Source of the DNA: Candidatus Krumholzibacteriia bacterium
Lineage (GTDB): Bacteria > Krumholzibacteriota > Krumholzibacteriia > Krumholzibacteriales > Krumholzibacteriaceae
DNA length: 64,000 nt
Assembly: GCA_963836185.1 (NCBI GenBank)
Contig: CAWIIQ010000001.1
Location: 1,120,001 to 1,184,000 of the forward strand
Reading direction: 5' to 3'
Under the pieces are notes generated by a model, which saw nothing but the letters and a program-made list of their open reading frames with translations, searched no databases and had not been told where the DNA came from. A program made the translations under genes and the position numbers. Of this stretch, positions 42,367 to 50,900 are shown one piece after another; within the stretch, counting starts at the first letter, position 1; every line of letters begins with the position of its first letter.

Positions 42367-43524
42367 TCACATCCTGTCGTTGCAGAGCATTCCCCAGATA
42401 CCTTTGAAGTATCCCAGGCCTGCGGACGTGACCCACTCTCCTTTCAGGCGTCCTTTTACACCGTGGTTGCGGCCGTACCACAGACCTTCGAACCAGCCCA
42501 TATCGTTGAGCGGATCGTCGGCGAATGTCGGGTTGAGGCCGTAATCCCCGGTGATGATTCCCATGAACTCGCCCTTCGGATTGATGTACTTACCGAAGAA
42601 CTTGTGTTCGCCGTTACTGTTGGCTCCGTAGATTCCCCTGACATGGCCTACGGCCCATCCTCTCTCACTTACCCATATGCCCTTGAAATGTCCGAGGATG
42701 ATGCCGCGCATCTTGCCGGTCTCTTCGTTGTACAGGGTGTCGGGCTCTTCGACATTGTTCCACTTGCCGAGCAGGTATCCGCTCGGGCAGCCCGGCAGCA
42801 GCCTGTGGCTTCCGATCGCCATGTAGTTATTGCACCTGTCGACGGGCTCCATCAGTTCAAGCGACTCGAGCTCGTCGAGCGTGAATGTCCGTTCGTACGG
42901 GCCGGCGACTATTGTCAGCGTCGGCACCGGGATCTCCTCGTCGGGAGTATCGGGCTGAGCTGTCGTTGAATCCGGATCGGGTACGGGAGGAACTATCAGG
43001 CGGACCTGGATCCCGTCCACGTGCGGGCAGGTGTGAGATTTCCACCTGATCGTGCCCGGGCCGGTCCTGGCGATCTCGTCGCGGGCGTCGAACTTGATGA
43101 CGCGCTCGATGACGATGATGCCGCCCTCGAGCTTCATTCCACCCGACCAGTCGACGGGGCAGCATTCATCGGCTACCATGCTGTCATCTACCGCGGCGAT
43201 CATCCTGCCCCACAGGGCGCGCAGCCGGTATATCCTGACACCGTGCCTTTCCTCCATATTGCGGACATGCTCCTCGTTACGGAGCGGGTCATCGTAGCCG
43301 CAATCCTCGCCCTCTCCCTCTTCGATAGCCATGAATGTCTCCGGCTCATCGAAAAGAGGCTCCTCGTCCGTTTCCGTGAATCCGCCTGTCGGTGAATCGA
43401 GATCGACGATCTGAAGCGCGGGATCGCTCAAGGTCGGCGATGTCGGATCATCGCTTACTGATTCGCATCCGGCCGCGATCAAAGCGAAGACGAGGATCAT
43501 TGATAATGAGAGAAATCTTTTCAT
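42367..43524 (-). CDS. Hypothetical lipoprotein, Cys-containing, with repeated G-x-W/Y beta motifs
   Basis: MKRFLS...IAAGC lipobox; GGAAGGAG RBS; no family recognised. Confidence 0.75.
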   Translation of the reverse strand: MKRFLSLSMILVFALIAAGCESVSDDPTSPTLSDPALQIVDLDSPTGGFTETDEEPLFDEPETFMAIEEGEGEDCGYDDPLRNEEHVRNMEERHGVRIYRLRALWGRMIAAVDDSMVADECCPVDWSGGMKLEGGIIVIERVIKFDARDEIARTGPGTIRWKSHTCPHVDGIQVRLIVPPVPDPDSTTAQPDTPDEEIPVPTLTIVAGPYERTFTLDELESLELMEPVDRCNNYMAIGSHRLLPGCPSGYLLGKWNNVEEPDTLYNEETGKMRGIILGHFKGIWVSERGWAVGHVRGIYGANSNGEHKFFGKYINPKGEFMGIITGDYGLNPTFADDPLNDMGWFEGLWYGRNHGVKGRLKGEWVTSAGLGYFKGIWGMLCNDRM

Positions 43525-43627
43525 CCTCTGCTCCTTCCCATAGGTGAACAAGAACTTAACTGCCTGCCTGGATTTACTTCTGGATGCCTGATTTATAGAT
43601 TTTCAACACCTTCACATCAACTGGATA

Positions 43628-43788
43628 TTGCAGGAGAAGTGCCGAATTGCACGATTCCGGGAATCATTTTGTAAAATACATATTATAAAGGGGTTAGTCG
43701 GTTATCAGGAAATGTTTCTGTCGTAAAATTATCCCGAAGTTGTACCTGTGAGTACACAAACGGGGTTCAAGATGTCCACGCAGGTACA
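43628..43788 (-). promoter_or_regulatory. Sigma54 promoter with IHF-like site and two TGT-N10-ACA upstream activator sites
   Basis: Minus strand TCGGCACTTCTCCTGCAA gives GG-N10-GC (43643-43630). IHF-like TATAAAGGGGTTA at 43684-43696. UAS sites at 43741-43756 and 43773-43788. Confidence 0.65.
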
Positions 43789-43811
43789 CTGACGGCTCTT
43801 CCGGATTAGGA

Positions 43812-43837
43812 TGCAACAAGATCAGTCGGGATGCGTA
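43812..43837 (+). promoter_or_regulatory. Candidate ECF promoter TGCAAC-N16-CGTA
   Basis: TGCAAC AAGATCAGTCGGGATG CGTA ends 45 nt before the start codon. Confidence 0.5.
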
Positions 43838-43882
43838 TCATAATACAGGCAGAGCGTTTCGATAACTGACGGAGGATGACCG

Positions 43883-44446
43883 ATGAAGAAGAAAATGTCC
43901 CTGATTGCCCTCGCTCTTGTCCTTTGTGTTGCCTTTACTGCCGGCGCACAGGCTCACAGGAACTGCAGGTACGATAAAGACGGGACCTTCAGGAACAAGA
44001 GCATCGATTTTGAGGACGGGACGCTTACGATCGAGCACGAGGACGAGGACTGGATAGTCGAGATAACAGATGAATACGATCTGTACGTGAACGGCGAGAG
44101 GGTAAGGGTCGACAGGGAGCAGAAGAAACTTCTGCGCAGATATTACCGCGACTACGAGGATATCGAGGAGATGGCCGGGGAGATCGGTGCGGACGCGGCA
44201 AAGATAGGCGTGGCCGGCGCGAAAATGGGAGTGGCCGCCGTGGCCTGCGTAGCGAAAATATTCCTCGAGGATTATGACTGCGACGTCGACATCGATATCG
44301 AAATTGACGAAGATGAGATCGAGAAGATGGCTGAAAAGCTCCAGAAAAAGGCCGAAAAGATCGAGGACAAGGCCGACGACCTGGAGAAGACACATAGAAA
44401 ACTGAGAAAATCGATCCCCGAGCTGGGAGACCTCGAGGACTTCTAG
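43883..44446 (+). CDS. Secreted DUF2884/YggN-like helical protein
   Basis: Signal peptide; IT....LYVNGE.V....EQKKLL..Y, coiled coil and IPEL..L end. Confidence 0.65.
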   Translation: MKKKMSLIALALVLCVAFTAGAQAHRNCRYDKDGTFRNKSIDFEDGTLTIEHEDEDWIVEITDEYDLYVNGERVRVDREQKKLLRRYYRDYEDIEEMAGEIGADAAKIGVAGAKMGVAAVACVAKIFLEDYDCDVDIDIEIDEDEIEKMAEKLQKKAEKIEDKADDLEKTHRKLRKSIPELGDLEDF

Positions 44447-44483
44447 CTGAGTATGGCGAAAGCCGAAAGGAGTGGGGGAAGAG

Positions 44484-44873
44484 ATGGAGCAGCATATTAC
44501 GATTCTTGGAGTACTGCATGTCGCCTACGGAGCGATCGGTATTCTCGTCGCGATGATCGTCTTCATGGCCATAGTGGGCGGAGGGATGCTTTCGGGCGAT
44601 GCTGAGGCCCTGGCGATCACTGGGCTCGTGGGCACATTGATTGCGACAATTCTCTTTATTCCGAGCCTGCCGGGGCTCATCGGCGGCCTTGGAATATTCA
44701 AGTACAGGCAGTGGGCGAGGATAACACTCCTCGTCGTAGGATTTGTCAACCTGCTGATCGTCCCCTTCGGGACGATCCTCGGTATATATACGATCTGGGT
44801 ACTTATGAATATCGAAGTGAAAGACATGTTCGATAGAGGGGCTGCTGGCGGGGTTGCACAGGGGGAATCATGA
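44484..44873 (+). CDS. Hypothetical small membrane protein
   Basis: H..ILG.L; ...WARI....G..NL..VPFGTILGIYTIWVL. Confidence 0.75.
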   Translation: MEQHITILGVLHVAYGAIGILVAMIVFMAIVGGGMLSGDAEALAITGLVGTLIATILFIPSLPGLIGGLGIFKYRQWARITLLVVGFVNLLIVPFGTILGIYTIWVLMNIEVKDMFDRGAAGGVAQGES

Positions 44874-44929
44874 TCATGTTAAAGGATATCATCATCGAGA
44901 TATTCTATCTGATCTGGTACGGGGTCTGA
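44870..44929 (+). CDS. Candidate 19-aa small protein MIMLKDIIIEIFYLIWYGV
   Basis: ATGA overlap with the upstream stop codon; hydrophobic; fills the intergenic gap. Confidence 0.3.
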   Translation: MIMLKDIIIEIFYLIWYGV

Positions 44930-44940
44930 GAGCCCGTCGA

Positions 44941-47136
44941 TCAGAAACGGTGTCCGAATCCGAACCAGAGCTTCATGCCGTTTCGTTCACTGCCCGAGAG
45001 GGTCAGTTCGGCCGGTCCCACAGGCGTGTCGTACGCGATGGTGCCGGCCCCACCGGTATAGGTATTCTCCTTTTTAAAGACATCGGCCCTGTCTTCTACA
45101 GCTGCGCCCATATTGAAATGGCCGGCGATAAGCCATCTGTGCGTTATTTCCAGGTGCATCTCGGCTCCGGCAAGGTAGGCGTTCGAGCCTGAGAACTCGA
45201 ATGGCTCGTATCCGTAGAACGAGACGTTACGCTCACCATAATAATCAAACCATGAAGTGATCCCGCCGAGATAGTACCTGTGGTGGGGGAGGGGCCTGCC
45301 GCCCCCGGTGTGCCCGTAAAGGAATCTGCCTCTCAGCGAGACGCGGCTGTGAATGGGGATGGCAGCCAGGAAACCGGCGTTTGCCCTGTTGTACGAGACA
45401 TCGTTTACAGACATCTCGGGGAAGTACTGGCCGGACGCCTTCAACTCGATCCCCCTGCGCGGCATCCAGGAGCGGTCCAGTGTATCGAGCCAGAAATCCC
45501 CGCCGGCGAAGAAGAGGCCCCCGGCCTCGGTCTCCGTCCCGGAAGGCGCTATATCCGGCCTTATGCTGTACCATTCCCCGCCGGCCGCAACCATGCACCG
45601 GAACATATAGCCCGGTTCGACTTCCGCAATCAGTGCCGCCCTGCCGGCCCTTACTCCCCATCTGCTCGTCCTTGTTCCGTCGTCGTATGACTCGATATAG
45701 TCGTCGACGTATTTTCCTCCCATCCCCGGCATCAGCCAGTGCCCCAGCCCGGCATCGATCGTATAGATCCCGAGCAGGTCTACCCGCTGGCTGAATACCA
45801 TGTCGAGATTGAGTGTCGAACCATGGCCTATCAGATTCTTCATCTGGGCTCCGAGGAGTACCGAGAATGACCAGCGCGTATCGTACCTCAGTCCGAGGCC
45901 GATATAGCCCGGCAGCTCTTCCTCTATATCGAGGACGAGGGTCGTGTCGTCGCCGTCCTCTTCGAAGCGGTACGATATCTTCGAGAAGTTGCCGGTGCTG
46001 TACATCCTCTGCAGCGCCCAGTCCATGTCGTCCGCCGTTATGGAAGCGGGGGCCTTGAATCCGATAAGCCTCGATACGATCTTCGATGAAACCATGGAAA
46101 GGCCGTCGAACCTTATCTTCGTTATATCGATCGATGTCACTGGGGTCCTGTCCATCTGTTCCGGGGGCTCGCGGAACCCTCCGGTTCTCTCGACCAGGGC
46201 GCGGATCTCGTCGATATGAGCGCGCGCAGCTTTCTCGCCCTGCTCGATTATAAAGGGGATGTTATCGAAGTCGAGGGTGCCAGTAGTTCCAAGGTCAGGT
46301 TTTATGTAGAGATCGCAAAACTCCTTCTGCTCGTCCAGCGTCGATCTCATCAGGATGTTGATTGTCTGATCGGTTATTTCAAGCAGGTTCTGGAGGCTGT
46401 CCGCCCCGACGAGTTCGCTGGATACATCGATACATATAACGATGTCGGCGCCGAGATTGAAAGCGTCGACAGTCGGGAGGTTCCTCACGAGCCCTCCGTC
46501 GACGAGAAGCACCCCGTCCCATTCGACAGGGGTGAAGGCTGTCGGTATAGCCATGCTTGCTCTCATGGCGTCCGCGAGGCTGCCGTTGTCGATCAAGTAC
46601 GGAGTACCTCGGGCTATGTCGGTTGCGACGCAGGCAAAATCACGAGGCAGCTCGCTGAAATCGTCTATCTCTATGACGGGCCATGTCAGTTCATAAAAGA
46701 GCCTGTGGATCTTCTGCCCCTTGATTATGCCGGAGGGGAGACCGACTCTTCCGTCGACGAAAGGGAACGAGAGAAGGTACCTGTCCCTGAAGTTCTTCTG
46801 GCGCATCGTCAGGTACCGGCGGTCGACAGTCTCCAGGAAGACATCGAACCAGTCGACGCCGTTGGCCATATCCTCGAGAAAGGCGGGGGAGTATCCTGCT
46901 GCGTAGAGCCCTCCGATGATCGAGCCCATGCTCGTCCCGGTGACGATATCGGCCTGGATCCCCTCCTCCTCGAAGACCTTCAGCACGCCTATATGGGCGA
47001 GGCCCTTGGCGCCGCCCCCGCTGAAGGCGATGCCGATCTTCGGCCTGTCCTGCCGCGAATCGGCGGCATGGAGGAGGCCTGTGAATGAGAAAAGGACTAT
47101 GACTGCGAGCAGCGACGTTCTGATATTGATTTTCAT
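44941..47136 (-). CDS. Patatin-POTRA-Omp85 protein (PlpD-like, type Vd architecture)
   Basis: Signal peptide; SGGGAKG, GTSMG and DGG motifs; POTRA-like segment; beta-barrel ending LWFGFGHRF. Confidence 0.85.
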   Translation of the reverse strand: MKINIRTSLLAVIVLFSFTGLLHAADSRQDRPKIGIAFSGGGAKGLAHIGVLKVFEEEGIQADIVTGTSMGSIIGGLYAAGYSPAFLEDMANGVDWFDVFLETVDRRYLTMRQKNFRDRYLLSFPFVDGRVGLPSGIIKGQKIHRLFYELTWPVIEIDDFSELPRDFACVATDIARGTPYLIDNGSLADAMRASMAIPTAFTPVEWDGVLLVDGGLVRNLPTVDAFNLGADIVICIDVSSELVGADSLQNLLEITDQTINILMRSTLDEQKEFCDLYIKPDLGTTGTLDFDNIPFIIEQGEKAARAHIDEIRALVERTGGFREPPEQMDRTPVTSIDITKIRFDGLSMVSSKIVSRLIGFKAPASITADDMDWALQRMYSTGNFSKISYRFEEDGDDTTLVLDIEEELPGYIGLGLRYDTRWSFSVLLGAQMKNLIGHGSTLNLDMVFSQRVDLLGIYTIDAGLGHWLMPGMGGKYVDDYIESYDDGTRTSRWGVRAGRAALIAEVEPGYMFRCMVAAGGEWYSIRPDIAPSGTETEAGGLFFAGGDFWLDTLDRSWMPRRGIELKASGQYFPEMSVNDVSYNRANAGFLAAIPIHSRVSLRGRFLYGHTGGGRPLPHHRYYLGGITSWFDYYGERNVSFYGYEPFEFSGSNAYLAGAEMHLEITHRWLIAGHFNMGAAVEDRADVFKKENTYTGGAGTIAYDTPVGPAELTLSGSERNGMKLWFGFGHRF

Positions 47137-47196
47137 GGCGGCAATGCTAGCAGTAATCGGGATTCCGTGCAAGAGTTGCGGAGACAGAGGGGAGGG

Positions 47197-47919
47197 TCAG
47201 ATGAACTTTTCCCTCTTCTGAAGATTGTACAGTCCCCAGAGGATAGCGATAATGCTTCCAACAGCGAGTATGATCCGGTTCTGGTATACGATCCCGGACC
47301 AGACGGCTTCAGTCATCTGGTCCGGCACCCTGAAAGGATTGAGGAAGAGGTTCCACTTGCTCTTCGAGAGGGACTCGGTGGCTATCCAGAACGCCATGCC
47401 GATGACGACCATTACAACCGCCGTCCCGTTACCGTTCCTTACGATCGTCGAGAACATGAATGAAAGGGCTCCGAGGAAGAAGATCGGGAACATCAGCTGG
47501 TAGACCATCTCGAGGATCGGCACCGATGCGAATACGACCGAGCTCAGGGCGGCGAGGACCACGAGAAGCACGAACTCGATCAGCCAGATAAGGGCCATCC
47601 TGGAGAGCCAGACCTTGTACCTGTAGTCGGGGATCCCGAAGAGTATCTCTATCATCCGTGAATCGACATCGTTCTGTATCCCGAAGGCTGTGGGGTAGAA
47701 GATCAGCAGGATTCCGGGGAAGAGGAGGATGTCAAAGACGTCATGAATGCCCGGATTGTTGTCGGAAGAGAAGAACGAGATCGCTCCCGCTGCGAGGAAG
47801 AAGATGAACGCGGCGAGCAGGAAGTATACGAACCTGTTGGCGAAGACGATCTTCAGGTTATACGAGGCTATCTTCCTCGCCGAAAAGAAAAGATTGCGTG
47901 CACGGTCAAACCTGCGCAT
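47197..47919 (-). CDS. Small ABC-2-type permease (6 TM)
   Basis: IQNDVDSRMIEILFGIP.YRYKVWLSR EAA-like coupling motif; overlaps the RND-ABC gene. Confidence 0.7.
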   Translation of the reverse strand: MRRFDRARNLFFSARKIASYNLKIVFANRFVYFLLAAFIFFLAAGAISFFSSDNNPGIHDVFDILLFPGILLIFYPTAFGIQNDVDSRMIEILFGIPDYRYKVWLSRMALIWLIEFVLLVVLAALSSVVFASVPILEMVYQLMFPIFFLGALSFMFSTIVRNGNGTAVVMVVIGMAFWIATESLSKSKWNLFLNPFRVPDQMTEAVWSGIVYQNRIILAVGSIIAILWGLYNLQKREKFI

Positions 47920-50900
47920 CAGCTTCACCTCCCGCAGCTTCCTCTATCGCTGTCCTTGCTCCGAGTATGTCGCTTCCGGATGACCTGAGCAGCCAGAGGT
48001 AGGCATCCTCGAGTGTCGGCCTCGCCTCATGCGCGTCAGGAACGGGGCTCGCGTCTGCGAGGCACCTGACCTTGATCATCTCTCCGTCTCGCATGTGATG
48101 GACTACGACATGCTCTTTTCTGATCCTCTCGAAATCTCCCGGCGGCACGCTGAAGGTCCATACCTTCCCGGCCGCCGTGGCGGTCATCTTCGTCGGTTCA
48201 TCGAGATAGAGGAGCTGGCCTCTGTTGAGCACGGCCACGCGATTGCATGAGCTGTAGATATCCTCGATGATATGCGTCGAGAAGATGACGACCCTTTCCC
48301 TGCTCAGTTCGACGAGAAGGTTGCGGAACCTGATCCTCTCACGCGGGTCGAGGCCCGCTGTCGGCTCGTCGACCACGAGGATCCTCGGGAGGTGGAGAAG
48401 GATCTGCGCGATTCCGACCCGCTGTTTCATCCCGCCCGAGAATGCGCCGATCTTTCTTTCGGCATGTTCCTCTATATGCACAGCTTCGAGGACGTAGTCG
48501 ACCATCTCACGGCGTTTCTTCTCGTCGCCGAGCCCCTTGAGTATTGCCTGGTAGTCGAGAAACTCCCTTGCTGTCATGTTCTCGTACGTCCCGAATTCCT
48601 GCGGCAGGTAACCGATCAGCCCCTGCAGCTCCTCGCGTTTCTTAGACGTGTCGATCCCGTTTATGTAGACCTTTCCATACGACTGGTCGAGGATCCCGCA
48701 GATAACCCGCATCAGTGTCGTCTTGCCCGCTCCGTTCGGGCCGAGGAGGCCGAACATCCCGCTCCCGATCTCGAGTGAGACGCGATCGAGGGCCTTGAAC
48801 TGCTGCTTGCGCTTTCCAATCAGGGGGATCATCAGCACGAGTCGGTAAAGGGCCCGGCGTATCCCGGCGAACCTGCCCTCGACCCTCGCGATGTTTATCT
48901 TCTTCCTGTGCAGCCTGCGGGAGGTCGAGAAGATCGCCGCTGCGGGAAACCAGAGGATGGCGATAAATATCACAGCAGCGAGGTTGCCCCACTTCATGTA
49001 GAAGATGACGAGGTTCACGAGGGGGAAGAGCCAGATGAAACTCTTTGAAATAGTTCTCGCGATCCGGAAACGTGACAGCTGAGCGCTCCAGCATTTCCAT
49101 GCGTATATGAGGAAGAAGAAGAGGGCGTGTGAGAGGACGAAGGCCCAGAAGAATGAAGAGAGATAGAAATAGATGAAGTAGACCATGAATCCGAGAACGG
49201 GGAGCTGCCAGAGCAGATCGCCGGCATCGCTGGTTCGTATGTCTCCGCGGCGTTCCCTGATCCTGTTCCCCTTGTTCCATTCGCGCATGAACTTCGACGG
49301 CTGGTCATATATCTTGACGAGGTTGCGCACCGTGATCGTAATAGCGCTTTTGCGGTCGATGACCTTCTCAGACGCCTTTCTCAGGCTCGCCAGGATAAAC
49401 CAGGTGACAGCCGGGACGAGAAGTACGACCGTGGCGAAGAGGGCCGATCTCCAGATCAGTGATTCGATCTTTACCTGGACAAGCCAGATGCCGAGGACTC
49501 CCGCGACCAGCTGGCCGAGCTTGATCCTGATGTCCAGGCCCCGTATCCAGGCCATGGCCGAATCGAGGCCGGAGTAGACGACAGGTATGAAAACGAGGGT
49601 GAATATGGTGCTGACGGTCAGTCCGCCTATGACAGTGATCGCAAACGGCGCCCCGATCACCGAGATCTCTTCCTCCTTGCCCATCGCCAGTGGTATCATC
49701 GCAACGATCGTCGTGATCGCTGTTATGAGGATCGGTCTGACCCTCGCGTCGCCTGCCGTTATCAGGGCCCTCGTCGTGCGGTAGCCGCGGCGCTTCAGGA
49801 TCAGGGAGTAATCGATCAGTATGATCCCGTTGTTTACGACAACACCGAGGAGTATGAGGAACCCGGTCATCGTATAAGGATCGACGATAGATGTGCGTGT
49901 AAAGATCAGGAGCCAGAGGGATCCTATCGCGGCAAGAGGGATAGTGAACATCATCACAACGGGAGTCGTCAGCGACTCGAATACCGAAGCGAGTATCATG
50001 TAGATCAGGATGAAGGCAGCGAGGATGAGGAACTTGAACTCATCGATACCGGTGTCTTCCTCCACTATCTCCACGGCCATACCCTGCGGGACGACCAGTC
50101 CGGCGATCAGTTCCTCTATCTCGAGCTCGGCAGCTTCCTGCAGGTTTCTCGAGCCGTTTATCTCATCGATGAATGAATAGGTTATCTTGACCTGCTTTTC
50201 CTGGTTGACCCTGTTGATCGATGTCATCCCCCTTGTGTATACGACATCGGTTATGTCCTCAAGGTCGACGATGGCTCCAGAAGGGGATTCAAGTGACATC
50301 TCGCGAAGTTCATCAGCGCTGCGTTCCTCGACACCGTCACTTCTTATGATGATCTCGTATTCATCCGTCCCGTCCTTGAAGACCTGTCCGGTGGAATACT
50401 CCGGCTGGAAGGAGTTGAGCTCCATGCCTATCGAATTGAGGGTCAGGCCGTGCCAGCTAAGCATCGGCATATCGAACATCAGCTGTATCTCCGGGCTGCC
50501 GGGTGTCACGTCAAAATTCGCCGATGCCGTCGAGGCGAGATTATCGACATACTCGACGAGGTTGGAGGCGAACATCGACATCGCTTCGAAATCGTTTCCC
50601 TTTACTACGATACTCTTCTGCTGTCCTCCCAGCCCGAAGAATCCTCCCATCGCTCCGCCCATTCCGCCACCGCGTCTGCCCCTGTATCTTGTGCTGTTTG
50701 ACGGTTCCTCGAACGACACATCGCCGGTCCTGAAATCATGGAGCCGCTGCCTGGCGTCGCTTTTTACCTCGTGGATACTGCGGCCGTCGATTTCAGTGTA
50801 GTCTTCCTTCATAACGAGTGTGAGACGGGCATCCTCTTCATGAACCTCGACGAAAAGGTCCTCGGTCTCAGCGATCCCGGTAAGCCTTTCCTCCATATCG

